This document shows, in pieces, positions 22,150 to 34,740 of a stretch of 35,002 bases of DNA. This stretch comes from Welwitschia mirabilis (Eukaryota): the NCBI GenBank assembly GCA_051453625.1, contig JBOZIK010000001.1:8835939-8870940 (forward strand), given 5' to 3'. Below the pieces are notes generated by a model. The model was not told the origin of the DNA. It saw only the letters and a program-made list of their open reading frames with translations, and searched no databases. A program made the position numbers and the translations under genes. How positions within the stretch are numbered: the first letter of the stretch is position 1; each line of letters starts with the position of its first letter.

Positions 22150-24420
22150 CATGTTCTAAAGTGTTTACATGTTATTATTGATTACAATAAGGAGCAAAAA
22201 AGGGAGTAGAGTAAATAATGTTACATCCTTTTAAAATTTTAAAAGGTAATAAATTTAATTCATCTATGAACTTGAGAGAATTCCACATGGATTTACCATT
22301 ATTAATCAACTATATATTATGTTTTAGAAAGTTGTTTAGCTTGAAATAAGTAAGGCATACTAATGTGAATGAGTTATATAACATGTAAAAAACTATCTCT
22401 TGAATTTATTACCTTTTTAAAATCACTTAAGGCTAACTTAGAAGAATGACATACCAATAAACCATCAATCAAGGGAAGCCACAATGAATTTAATTCTTGA
22501 AGCACTAATAAGTAAAATATATTACTAGTTTATAAGATAATAAATTGATTTACGTGCCTTCAAAATGCTTTGAAAAAATAGGTACTTCCTATTTTAATTT
22601 ATAGGAAAAGTATATCTAATTCAAAAGGCTAATACATTTTTCGATAAACTGATGTTTAGGAAAAGAATTAGCTAATTTATTTAAAAGTTAAAATGTAATA
22701 AAACTAGATTAATTACTGACTTGCAATATGTATTTACTATATAAATGTTAAGTCTAATTAAAATAATATATAAAATCTAGTTCACCTAATTTTTTTGAAA
22801 GGTAAGAAATATTTCAAGCCATTTAAGTAAAACCTTTTTAAGTATAGATGCTAATCCTTTATAATTTCCAAAAATAGGCTTTAATTTTTTATAAACTTAC
22901 TAAGAGAAATCCCAAATGAGAAGAAAACTAATTATAAGTAAAAGTAAGAATAGAATCATATACCATGAATTTTCTTATAAGTGAAAGATTTTAGATTTTC
23001 ATTTATCCAACTTTTTTTGAATTTTATCTATAATTCATTTCCAAATATAGTTGGCACAACTTGAAAAGGAAAAAGATATTTCTAAGCTTTAAAAATCTCC
23101 ATAGGTTGAATAACCAAGGGTGAATACAAAGCTATTATTAAGTTTTTAGGCAAGGAAAAAATAAGAGATTTATGCCAATTTATTTTTAATTCTAATAGAA
23201 TGCAATAATGTTCCATTCACTAGAGAAAACATGAGATCACTCCACTATCATTTTTTTCTTATAAAAAAAGAGTTATTTAAAAAATCCGTATTAATAAGTT
23301 ATTTGGAAGTATTATGAATTTGAATATTCTAAATGAGACATAATTGTTAATCCATATGAAGTACATGGCATAAAAAAAATATTTGCTAAAAAAATATAGA
23401 TAAAGAGGTAAAATACATCCTCATTGAACTAATTATTTAGTATTAAAATTCTTTGAAATGCCATGTCTAGTAGTAATAAATGCATTAAAATCTTTACATA
23501 AAAAATGAAAAGAGAAATTATCAGCCAAATCTTAGATTTTTCTACATTTTAAAATAATATTGCACTAAATTTGCTATATGCCTTTACATAATCAAACCTA
23601 TAAATTTGACTACAGTCTTTTCCCCATTACATTTCCTTCCATGCAGAAACCACATGATTAAGTATATACTTATCTTTGATAAAACTAGATTATTAACTAT
23701 AGATAGTATCAAGTAAAACTAATTCCAATCCAGAAGCCAAACATAGCAAACTTTTGTATGAAACATCAAGAAAGGTGATTGGACACCAATTAGTAACAAG
23801 ACAAGGATCTCTAGATTTGGAAAGAAGTTGATAGCACCTTAATTAATATGACATCATAAAGAACCTTTGTACATGGGTTCTTGAATCACATGCCATTAGT
23901 TGTATCCTATTATATCCTAATGATTTTATAAATTTAGCTAGAAAACCATCACAACTTAGATCTTTTTCATTGGTTAAACTAAAATGGGCTTATTTTAATT
24001 CTATAAGAAGAATATTCTTTTCTTTAAAAAAATCATTACTTAGAAATATTGTAATGGAAATAAAACTTGCATTTTGATGAAATAAGTTGGAATACAAAAC
24101 TTCTATTTTAAAGATAACTATAAGATAATTAGCTACAAAATTCAAAATATGATCTTCCTCAAAGATTAAATAATTATCAACAAGTGGCTAAGAGAGACCA
24201 TGATTTTAATTAATATTTAATTTTGAAAATTTTGAAAAATCTTTATATTTATCATCTAGAACATTTAATCAAAGTGATCTATTTTTAACAAATCTAGAAT
24301 TAGCTAATATGGGTGAAGTTTGAACACTTAGTAGATCTTCCTAGATTTAATGTGATAAAGCATTAGTAATAGAAAGATACATTCTTATTTATAACTACCA
24401 ATTATAGCCCATTATTTTTT
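22150..24420 (-). mobile_element. LINE (L1/Tx1-type) ORF2 reverse transcriptase relic
   Basis: 'KDLSCDGFLAKF' (KSPGxDG), 'SKSRDPCLVTNWCPITFLDVSYK' (NWRPITLLNVSYK), 'SSFIKDKYILNHV', 'FDYVKAY' (DFxKAYD), 'VQ*GCILPLYL' (RQGCPL). Confidence 0.9.
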
Positions 24421-24430
24421 TAAATGTTTA

Positions 24431-25806
24431 GTATTTACATGTGAAAATTAACATTCCAAGCAAGTGTAGTTGATCAATTTTGCATAGGAAGAAATATTAA
24501 ATTCATTGTTTTATCATAAAATGATGACTTATATCCTTTTTATTCTTTTTCATAAAATTATGAATTTCCCCTAACATAAGTATGTATATTATTGTCTTCT
24601 AAAGAACATTATAAAACTTAAAGAAATTCAAGCAAATAATGTTGGTGCTGCCATCTAGGACCACTGACATCATTAGTCTTCTAAGGAAAAAGCTATCAAA
24701 ACTTATGTTCCTACAGTTGTTTAGGGAGTTCATCACATTACACTTATGGGCTAAGTCAAACGTTGATTTAGAATAAACCTTTAACTTCAATGACAAATGG
24801 TGGAAGTATAAGACCACATGTCACAGCAACATGTTGCAGCAACAAGGATGATCACATGGAAGACACATGACATGGCATCCATTAGTTGTATCATCGTTAT
24901 TAAAGGAACACATCATCATCTTTTGTGCATTAGAATATAAAGAATCCTCCTTCACGTCTAAATGCCAAACAATTGTAACTTCCTCCTTAATTAACCGTCC
25001 TAATGTAACCCCTCTTTATGTAATCGCCCACCTAACACATCATGAAAGAGCTCTCCAAGCCTTCCCTTATCCATAAAATAGCCTTAATATCCCATTGGAA
25101 TGGACCTTTTGGGTATCATAAGATGGTGGAAAGGCTTGGAGCACTAGGATGTCATGGTGCTCTATTCACCTTCCTTAAGGGTAGATTGTTCCAAGGCTAG
25201 TTAAGGAGTTCTTTCATCTTTACCTCTCTCTCTCTATTGATGTAATGTATATTTTTAGTTAATACAAGAATCGGCTTTTCATTCTTTCATTATTAATGCA
25301 TATTTATTTGCTATTAGCAATCTTTAGGTGAGGATAATTCTAGTTGTTATTCATTCTTTTATTGTTAATGCACATTAACAATCTTTAGGTGAAATTACTT
25401 TATTATTAATTTTTTTAATCACCAAGTTAGTTGTTTGAGGTTACTTTTATGATATTATAGTCACTATCATTTGATGGATCTTATGCACAATTGTTAATGA
25501 TTTCCATGCTTATGAATGTCTATGAAGGATTAGAGGGACTAAATAACTTACCAACACTCATGTGGTGGATGAGATTATGCCTTCATGCCTAAGCCTTAAT
25601 GGCTTGATGATTTTAGTTATGTTTTAGAAATACAGGAGTCATTGGAGTAAAGGTGGAGCATTAGATGAATTAGTTAGATCTTTAAAGCACTTACATTCTC
25701 TTGTGACGTCAATCAAAGATCACTTTAAAACATCAAATTTTGATTTTATTTTTTTTTCTTGAGTTTTATTATAAGTTGAAATAATCATGTTTCTTTTGAT
25801 AAGTTA
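24431..25806 (+). repeat. LTR-like repeat, copy 1 (~1376 bp)
   Basis: Collinear over its full length with 26831-28211, roughly 80-90% identical by eye, with mostly transitions. Confidence 0.85.
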
Positions 25807-25809
<3 letters not shown>

Positions 25810-25838
<29 letters not shown>

Positions 25839-25938
25839 NNNNNNNNNNNNNNNNNNNNNNNNNNNNNNNNNNNNNNNNNNNNNNNNNNNNNNNNNNNNNN
25901 NNNNNNNNNNNNNNNNNNNNNNNNNNNNNNNNNNNNNN
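25810..25938. repeat. (CA)n microsatellite running into a 100-N gap (25839-25938)
   Basis: Directly visible. Confidence 0.95.
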
Positions 25939-26830
25939 TCTCTAAAAGCACATTACCCATTGATCAATTAAAAATTAGGTTTAGTTAACTACATTAGGCT
26001 AAGGACACTCATTGTCAATTCAGCTTTAATGATTTATTTTGTAACGTGTTCAACTACATCGAGGCTATAAATACTCATTGGTAATGTGACATTAACTCCT
26101 TCATACATCAACCTGATTAATTCTATTAGAAAGAGATTTTAGAACACTAGATGCCCAATTTGATCTAAATGCTTAAAACAAAGAACAAAGTATGATTATG
26201 GAAAAGGTAAAAATGGAATGAAAAATGTGGGATTTGAAGATACTGTTGTGTTTACTTTCTTTAACTTATGTACTCAGAAATTTACTTAACTAATTTTTGA
26301 TTACTTACAGGTTTACTTATAATATTTTTAATTTTTTTTGCAATGTGACAAATTTTTAATTTAGAATAAAATTTTTAAAATTTTCAATAAATGTAGCCAC
26401 TAATTTAGGTAGTGTATCTTTTGAATTTGTGGATGATGCATTTTAATTAAAGTTTAAGTTTGTTTTTTTTCCTAAGATTGCATTGTAATTTTTTTAAATA
26501 CTTACATCAAAATCATTCACTAGCCTTGTATGAAAAGCCATGTAATGTAAAATTCTTTTTTCAACCCCTTGACTTGTTCTCAAGAGCCTCATATTAAACT
26601 TTCTATCTTTTTAACTTTGAGAATAAAATTTAATTTTGGTTAGAGATTATGACATCCATTTTCATAAAATTTGTTTGATTTTGATGCCTTGTTTGTTAAA
26701 AATTAATCAAAAATTTTCAAAAATGATATTATTTCTATGCTTGAACATTTTTATTTAGTCAATTTTTCCATGTTAATCATTTCTTTATCAACTTTTTGCT
26801 AAGAGGCTAGTAAAAGTATAGTTAGGATGT

Positions 26831-28211
26831 GTGTTTACATGTAAAAATTGACATTTCAACCAAGTATAGTTGATCAATTTTGCATAGGAGAAATATTAAA
26901 TTCATTGTTTTATCACAAAATGATGTCTTCTATCCATTTTATTCTTTTTTCATGAAATTATGAACTTTCTCCTAAAATAAGCTACTATATTACTACCTTC
27001 TAAAGAACATTGCAAAACTTGAAGAAACTCTAACAAATAACATTGATGCTGCCATCCAAAACCACCGGCACTACTAGTCTTTAAGGTAAAAGCTATTTAA
27101 ACTTATGTTCTTGCACTTGTTTAGGGAGTTCATGACATTAAACTTGTGGAATAAGTTAAAATCTAATCCAAAATAAACCTTCAACTTTGACAACACATGG
27201 CAGAACTGCAAGACGATATGTTATAGTGACATGTGATAGCAATAAGGATGATCACGTAGAATACACATGACATAGCATCTATTGATAGTGTCATCATCAT
27301 TTAAGGAACATTTCATCACATTTTTTGCATTAGAAGATAAATAATCTTCCTTTAAGTATACATCCCAAAACATTGTAACTTCCTTCTTAAGTAACTGACC
27401 TAATGTAAGCCTGCTTATGTAACCACCACCTAACACATCATGAGAAAGCTCTCCAAGTCTTCCCTCATCTATAAAAGGGTCTTGAGCCCTCATTGTAATG
27501 GATCTTTTAGTTGGTATAACGTGGTGGAAATACTTGGAGTGCTAAGATGCCATAACATTCTAATCACCTTACTTGCGGGTGGATTGTTCCAAGGCTAGTT
27601 TAGGAGTCCTTTCATCTTTACCTCCGTTTCTATTGATGTACTATATATTTTTAGTTAATATAAGAATTGGCTTTTCATTCTTTCAGTATTAATGTAAATT
27701 CATTTAATATTAGTAATCTTTAGGTTAGGCTAGTTTTTAAGTAGTTACTCATTCTTTTATTATTAATGCAAATTAAATTAGCATTAGCAACCTTTAAGTA
27801 AAACTACTTTATTATCAAGTTCTCTCACTACCAAGTGAGTTGTTCAAGGTTACTTTTGTAATATCGTAGTCACTATTCTTTGATAGATTTTGTACATAAT
27901 CGTTCCTACTTTCTATGCTTATGAAGGGCTATGATGGACTAGAGGGACTGAATAACTCACCAACACTCATGTGGTAGATGAGATTATGCCTCCATACTTG
28001 ATCCTTAATGATTTAATGATTTTAGTTGTGTTTCAAAAATACAAGAGTCATTGGAGTAAAGGTGGAGCATTAGAAAAATTAGTTAGGTCTTTGGAGCACT
28101 TCCATTTCCTTATGATGTTAATCGAAGATCACTTTAAAATCTTAACTTATGATTTTCTTTTATTTAAGTTTTATTGCGAGTTGAAATAATCATGTTTCTT
28201 TTGATAAGTTA
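26831..28211 (+). repeat. LTR-like repeat, copy 2 (~1381 bp)
   Basis: Direct repeat of 24431-25806. It carries CTATAAAAGGG...CCCTCATTGTAA (27469-27498), a typical plant LTR TATA context. TG/CA termini and TSD are not clearly preserved. Confidence 0.85.
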
Positions 28212-30600
28212 CTAGATATATATCCTTGTGTAAGAATGATACTGAGTTTTAACTTAGTTAAATCCGGTTCATTGTACTAAAATGAACAATTAGTATTATT
28301 CTTAATGCTACATGTGGTGTGATGCCACTAAGCTAATTAACCAAAAGAGTAAGCAGGAAGAGGTTCAACCTTTTATAAAATTTTAAGCCAAGCTCTTCCT
28401 TTTCTTTGTGCTCTTTTTAAGTAAAAACTTGATAATGAAATTGAAAAAAGGTTTGTTTTTTAAAGTGATTACATGTATGAAAGCTAACAACCAAAATTGG
28501 AAAAGGTTACAACAAAATTACATCCATTAATAATTTAAAGTAAATTAGAGAACCTAAAAAACCACAAAAAAATCAAAATAACCTAACCTACTCAAAATAT
28601 GAGCTGAACCAAACTTGTAATCACTCCAAGTAGTGAAGTCTTGAGTAATGATGAAATGAAATTGCAAGCCTTTATTAGCAAAATAAAATTACTCCTTAAA
28701 AATCATTCAAGATAGATAATTTAAAACTCCATATGGACATAAAACATCATCAATATATCTTTTCAAAATTTCAACATAATAAAACCTCCTCCAAACATCC
28801 AAGGAAAACTAAGCAATCTAGAAACTAAGTTGTACCATAAAAGGCATTAATTGTTAGAATTATCTAAAGCATAAATGGAGCAAATTTCAAAACTACCATA
28901 ATCAAAAGTAAAGGAAGCCAAACTTCTAATTGTCAATGATTCTGACCATATGATTCAAGAGTTTTCTTACACCTTGGATGAATATTAATTATAGCATTTG
29001 CTTACCCTTCCAGATGAAACGTAAAAATATGAAATCCATTAGGAATAAAGTATTTACAAGTATAATCCATATTAGATGATGAGATTTTCATTTCTTGAAA
29101 AAGAAGAAAGTCAACAAAGGCAATATGATGAACATATAAACTGACATGTTTCTAATGAAGCTATTCTCTAAGGCCTCAAACATTGCACGAAAAGATAATT
29201 ATAAGGAGGAGGAATGACGTGTTACTTCATCATTATTTAACAAATTAGTAGTAATTCATGAATAATAGAAAGTTATGAATCAAATATCTAATTGATCCCT
29301 GTGTCAATATTGTAAATATGTTATTACAAATAATCCGACCAAAGTGATAGGAATCAGGGCTAAAACAATTCCAAAAAGCAAAGTTTCAACCATTTTAATA
29401 TTCAAGTAAAAAGGAAAGATAAAATAGTAAAAGCATTAGAAGTAGGAATATTCAAGTAAAAATGATGTTTATATGATAAAGAGGAATGCATCCTTTTCTT
29501 CCTTTTTAGGGTGATTACTAAAAGAATATTGTTTTTTTACACTCAGCCAAAGACCTTTTGAATAACTCATTTTAAAGTATTTGAAACAACTTACATATAA
29601 TTATTAGAGTATGACTCTTTTAACTTAAAGAATTACAATAAGTCTAAGGTAAAGTTTAATTATTGGAATAATTGGTAAGGAACAGATAAGAAATTGAAAT
29701 CTTAAGTTACAAGCTTTAGGTAGAAACTTTTTGTTTTCAATTTCCACTACTTTATTCCTCTTTAAAAGTGGACAAGTATTAAAAAATTCTCATGATGTCA
29801 ATAACTATAATAATTTAGAAGATTAAAATAGATCATAGGTTGATAAAATGTTGTAGTGCAACCCTTTAATGTGAGAATCTTCTTCTTAGTTGTTAGCTTT
29901 ATCTCAACAAGAAATAATCTAAAAACATCTTTAGTTGAAACTCTTTCTTTGGAATGATGAAAATTACTCATAAGACTAGTAATTTCCTATTTTGAAGGTT
30001 GAAAAATCAAAGGCACATTTGAAAGTCCAACCATGCTAAAAATAGTCTAATGAATAGGTCCATTAAAATTAGAAAGTTCAATCACGCAAGAAATAGTCTA
30101 ATGAATAGGTCCATTAAAATCAAAATCATGTTACCATTTCTGATCAATGAGGACAACACGCTTATGCAAAGAGGAGTGAAGACTAATTGCTCACTTCACC
30201 ATTGAATTATCTTCCATGTTAAGAAAGAAAAAAAAAATTGCATGAAATATCAAGCATGTTTTACACACAAATTGCATTACAGGTAAAAAAGAGGAAGAGA
30301 TATAGGCTAAAACTTAAAGGACATAAGAAATATTTGTAGTACCATTTGCTAGTGGCTAGTTTAGCTAATGAAGTGCCTTCAGTGCTAGACTTAGCAAACA
30401 CAACTTTATTCTCCATAGAAGTAGGAAGAGGGTTTATTTCAAAATTATTTCTTGTGCCATCTTATAATCACTCCTTCTGGAGTTGGAGCATGTAAGTCTC
30501 ATTGATTAATTAAATCTAAATCACTCTTGGAAAGGCACATCTAAAGAATAAATCAACTCTTAAGTAGGAAAAGGATGAAGAAACAAGGCCCTAGTTCTTT
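28212..30600 (-). mobile_element. Same LINE: ORF2 endonuclease (~29215-28460) and probable ORF1 relic upstream
   Basis: 'FSCNV*GL...VDFLLFQEMK' (SxNVRGL...LQExK), 'CSIYALD', 'LWYNL...PWMFGGGFIML' (GDFN), 'CNHF' (SDH). The upstream boundary is approximate. Confidence 0.8.
30040..30120. repeat. Perfect 30-bp direct repeat
   Basis: AAATAGTCTAATGAATAGGTCCATTAAAAT at 30040-30069 and 30091-30120. Confidence 0.95.
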
Positions 30601-31266
30601 GCTTAGACCTCTAAAATGCTTTACAATTTATAAAATGATTATGGAATATTTTATTTGGGTGATAGCAATAGTTGTACTTCTTACAAGATATAAGTTTTAA
30701 GTTTTGACATCCCCTTAGAAAGTGAATCTTTAGCATAAGAAATTCTATAACGCTCGAATCATAACTAAATTCGTTTGTTTGGGTAATCATGGTACCTATA
30801 CTCTCTCAAAGATATAATTACTACAAATTTTGAGTTCAACATTTTCGAAAAAGCAAGTCTATTTTACCAAACATCACACAACTTTCTATTGATAAGATTT
30901 ATAAATATATTCCTTATGATAATTTTTATATAATAATAAAAGTCTAAAACCCCCAAACATTTTATGATTCCAATACTTTTCCTTGCTGTTTTTCCTATTT
31001 TTAATAGTGCATGGATTTTGAATAATCTTTAAAGTTTTCAACATGGAAACCTTCAATCGTTGAATGAAGCACATACAACCCTACTCTTTTAACAAATATC
31101 GTAGTTCTTATTTGAATGGCGAGGAGCAAAGCAATGTAATTTTATTAACAAATGAGCAGTTTGTTGGACCCCCAACAGGAATCATCTTATGCAAGGAGGG
31201 GACTTGCGTCTATCTGGGTTCCGTGGATCTCATCTAACGGCAGCCCATCAAAGCTACGCTCTCAAC

Positions 31267-31357
31267 ATGAGGTGTGGAGTTGCCTCGAATCTCTTCGCAT
31301 TGACCAAAAACTTCAACAGATCCAGCGATTGCGCTGCAGGAAAACGTTCAATCCACT
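31267..31357 (+). CDS. HPPK-DHPS: HPPK-DHPS exon 1 (mitochondrial-type transit peptide); alternative in-frame ATG at 31189
   Basis: ATG in CAAC-ATG context encodes MRCGVASNLFALTKNFNRSSDCAAGKRSIH (Arg/Ser/Ala-rich, few acidic residues). Donor CACT|GTAAGA is phase 1 and matches the phase-1 acceptor at 31582. Confidence 0.75.
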
Positions 31358-31582
31358 GTAAGATCCTTGATCTCTTACCCAATTAGTGTTTGTATAAAAC
31401 TGATAAAATTCTGCATTTCTTTTGGCATTTGCTGCAACCTTGTTGCCTGAAAATGTCCAACCAAAATTGTCACATAATTTAGATTACCAGTAAACATTCT
31501 GTATAATTTAGAAGAGCCAGAAATCAATGGCATCTACCATATTTGTTTGAATCACTTAAATTGACATGGGAACTATTCGCAG
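31358..31582 (+). other. GT-AG intron, 225 bp
   Basis: GTAAGA...TTGAC...TTCGCAG|, AT-rich. Splicing joins T+TG in frame, giving ...RSIH-L-ARRALFST. Confidence 0.8.
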
Positions 31583-33054
31583 TGGCCCGTCGTGCTTTGT
31601 TCTCAACCGATGCTTACGGACTTTCCTCGAAAATCGAGGTGAAAAATAAGGAGGAAGAAGTGGTTATTGCTATTGGCAGTAATGTTGGTAACAGAATCAG
31701 TAACTTCAATAAAGCGCTGGAATTGATGAGAAAATCCGGGATTTGTATCACAAGACACGGGTGTCTATACGAAACTGAGCCTGCTTATGTAACTGATCAA
31801 CCATTATTTTTGAATTCTGCCATTAGAGCAACTACGAAACTTAGTCCCCATGATTTGCTGAAAGTTCTAAAGGAGATTGAAGACGGGTTAGGTCGAACAG
31901 AGGGCATCAGATATGGTCCTAGGCCCATTGATCTGGACATAATATTCTATGGCAAGGCTAGAATCTCATCAGACATTCTTACTATTCCGCATAAAAACCT
32001 GTGGGAGAGGCCTTTCGTTCTGGCTCCTCTAATAGACCTTTTTGGATCAATACAGAACAATGATAATGTTGCTGATTGGCATTCCTCTTCGGGAAGAAAA
32101 GGTGGAATTTTTGATGTGTGGGAAGAACTCGGAGGAGATCGTCTTATTGGGTCAAGAGGCATAAAGAGAGTTATTCCAGTTGGGAACGCACTGCTGGATT
32201 GGTCGAGAAAAACATATATAATGGGTGTTTTGAATCTGACTCCTGATAGTTTTAGTGATGGGGGCAAGTATTTATCGGTTCAGAATGCTGTTGCAAGGGT
32301 CAGATCAATGTTATCTGAAGGGGTTGATATAATTGACATTGGGGCACAGTCAACAAGGCCAGGGGCAACAAAGTTAACGGCTAAAGCGGAATTATCGAGA
32401 TTACTACCAGTGCTAGAGGCATTGAAAGATATTTCTGAATTAAATGGGAAATTGCTGTCTGTCGACACTTTTTATGCAGAAGTGGCTTCTAAGGCAGTAG
32501 AACATGGTGTTCATATCGTGAATGATGTCTCTGGTGGGCTTTTAGATGAGGATATGTTTCCAACTGTTGCATCTCTTGGTGTCCCTTACGTTCTGATGCA
32601 CTTAAGAGGTGAACCATCAACCATGCAAAATGAAAACAATACCAACTATTCAAATGTGTGTAAAGAAGTGGCTAGTGATTTGTGCAATCAATTAATGAAT
32701 GCAGAGAGTTCTGGTATACCTGCATGGAGGATCATAATCGATCCAGGCATTGGATTTGCAAAGACCTTTGAACATAACGTGGAGCTTCTAAAGGACCTAT
32801 CAGCTTTTCGTGAAAAGCTTGCAGCCAAAAGTATAGCTGCTTCCCATGCACCTCTCTTGATTGGCCCTTCTCGGAAGGCCTTTTTAGGCAAAATTTGCCA
32901 TCGTCCCAAAGCTGAAGAAAGGGATCCTGCTACGATTGCAGCTGTAGCAGCAGGAGTGTTGGCTGGGGCTAACATTGTAAGAGTTCATAATGTAAAGGAT
33001 AATATGGATGCTGTTAAAGTTTGTGATGCTTTACGTGGAAGGGCAGTGTGCTAG
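31583..33054 (+). CDS. HPPK-DHPS: Bifunctional hydroxymethyldihydropterin pyrophosphokinase / dihydropteroate synthase (folK-folP fusion), exon 2
   Basis: HPPK motifs IAIGSNVG, LYETEP, DQPLFLN, RYGPRPIDLDI, IPH, ERPFVLAPL. DHPS motifs MGVLNLTPDSFSDGG, DIGAQSTRPG, SVDT, NDVSGG, LMH, DPGIGF, SRK, RVHNV. The ORF is uninterrupted to TAG at 33054. Confidence 0.97.
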
Positions 33055-34557
33055 CAAATTTTCGATGGAGGAGTGATTTCCTATATCTTTTGAAAACCCT
33101 ATCAGGGAAAACCTCCTTATGCTTGATCGTTGGTGGCAGACAATCAAAGATATTGCAGCAATATATCAAAAGGCAAGTAAGGAGGATGAAAAGTGGATCC
33201 ATGTGGTGGAAAACACACAATTGCAAGTGGTACTCTTTGCTTTGGCTAGATAAATTTGAGTCTGCAATTGGAATGCAACAAAGTGTCCTTGTATCTACTG
33301 CATTCCACTTGCTACTTTAGGAGTCCTTTTCTAGAAGATCCCTGTTTCATGTATATTTGCTATGTGCTTGAAGGTGTGTGCACATGCAAAATCAGCAACA
33401 GTTTTGAATTATAATTAATTTTCAGATGTAACGAGGATTGCTTAATGTTATGAACCTTGCAACCTAGCTAATTTGTATACCATAGAGCTCCATACAAGTC
33501 TTTTATACATCACTTTATTTGATCCTCTGGGGTTGTGATAATGCAGAGAAGCAGTATATTTTGGTTATTACGAATGGGAATGCAGCTTATTCTGAAAATT
33601 TAAATATATAATTATGCTTATTATTTACAACAGATTTGTCAAAATTCTGAATGCTTTATCACGCATCAGGAATGCTAGCACAGCCCTAATAAACCCAGCT
33701 TTAAAGTGTTCTTAATTCAAGAGCATGAAAGAATGCTGTCGGAAAATGTGCAGACAAAGCACCATTTGGTTCACTTTTCAGGTATGTCCCTTCTACCCCA
33801 GTATGTACCAATGGTCAAAGCAAAACAAAAACATGCTCAGAAACCATAAAGGCACCTGAGATATGTCTTCAACAGTTTAGTTTGAAGCACTGCTTCTTTT
33901 ATATTCACTGCTGGACATTAGCTACATCTTCATTGTGGTGCTTTGTGGTAGCTCTTACAAGTCCAGAGTCATTTTTATTTAGTTTGTAAAATTTGAATCC
34001 TTCATACGTGGAACTATAAAACATTGGACATCAGGTGTAGTTGCCACACATGTAATCATCATTTTCTCTTTTGTGTCATTTCCTGTTATAAGCGCATTCA
34101 AATCTAGCTTATTGATTAGGTCCATAGATTCAATAGTTTACTCTTCTTGTTAAATAGAATTTCTTAAGACCAACACCTGTCAACGAGAATAAAATGGTGT
34201 TTGAGAAACTACTAATGTGAATCAAATGATACATTGACTTTGACTACAGACTCACACAATTGTAGATTTCAAATAAGAATGGGTCCCCATTTTTCTTTTG
34301 TTTGTTTATCAACAATTTCCATAAAGGGACTGAGTGCTGCATTCCATCCTTGAAAATGAGTTCTGAAGTCCTTTTAAAAACTCCTTTATTTTAGGTAGGT
34401 CAAAAATATGTTTCTGTGTCTCAATCTTTGTCAAGCAGTGCATTCCTCATTGCAGGTTCCTGTACATCTAGTAAAGAAGGTTTAATCATGCCACTACTCC
34501 CTTCTTTTAGGCCAGTGGAATGCCAACCTTACATGTCTGTTATTTTGCATCATCACA

Positions 34558-34696
34558 TTCTTTTAAACTACTCACTTAATAAACGTTTAATCTTCAGAAT
34601 CTGGTCTAGATTTCAGCAAAGCCCTTGCACTCAGCACATCCTTTTAAAAGTTACTCACCTAATAAATCTTTAATTCTTAAAATCTGGTCTAGGTTT
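34558..34696. repeat. Diverged ~82-bp-period duplication
   Basis: CTTTTAAA..TACTCAC.TAATAAA..TTTAAT...AATCTGGTCTAG occurs twice (from ~34558 and ~34639). Confidence 0.8.
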
Positions 34697-34740
34697 GATC
34701 TGAGCTTTTGTATTCAATGTAAATTAACTACAACTAAAGT

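Noticed and set aside
31543-31582. TTG start of the 503-aa ORF
   Set aside because: It lies within the intron. The real N-terminus comes from exon 1.
33052-33093. Stop readthrough (TAG-CAA) adding QIFDGGVISYIF
   Set aside because: The context TAG CAA ATT only half matches the CAR-YYA readthrough motif, and the extension has no recognisable targeting signal.
31947-33320. Minus-strand ORFs within HPPK-DHPS and the 33048-33320 ORF
   Set aside because: Antisense shadows or 3' UTR ORFs without recognisable motifs.
33900-34530. Coding-looking minus-strand fragments (e.g. GWHSTGLKEGSSGMIKPSLLDVQEPAMRNALLDKD*)
   Set aside because: Short, bounded by stops, with no convincing splice acceptor or homology I can recognise.
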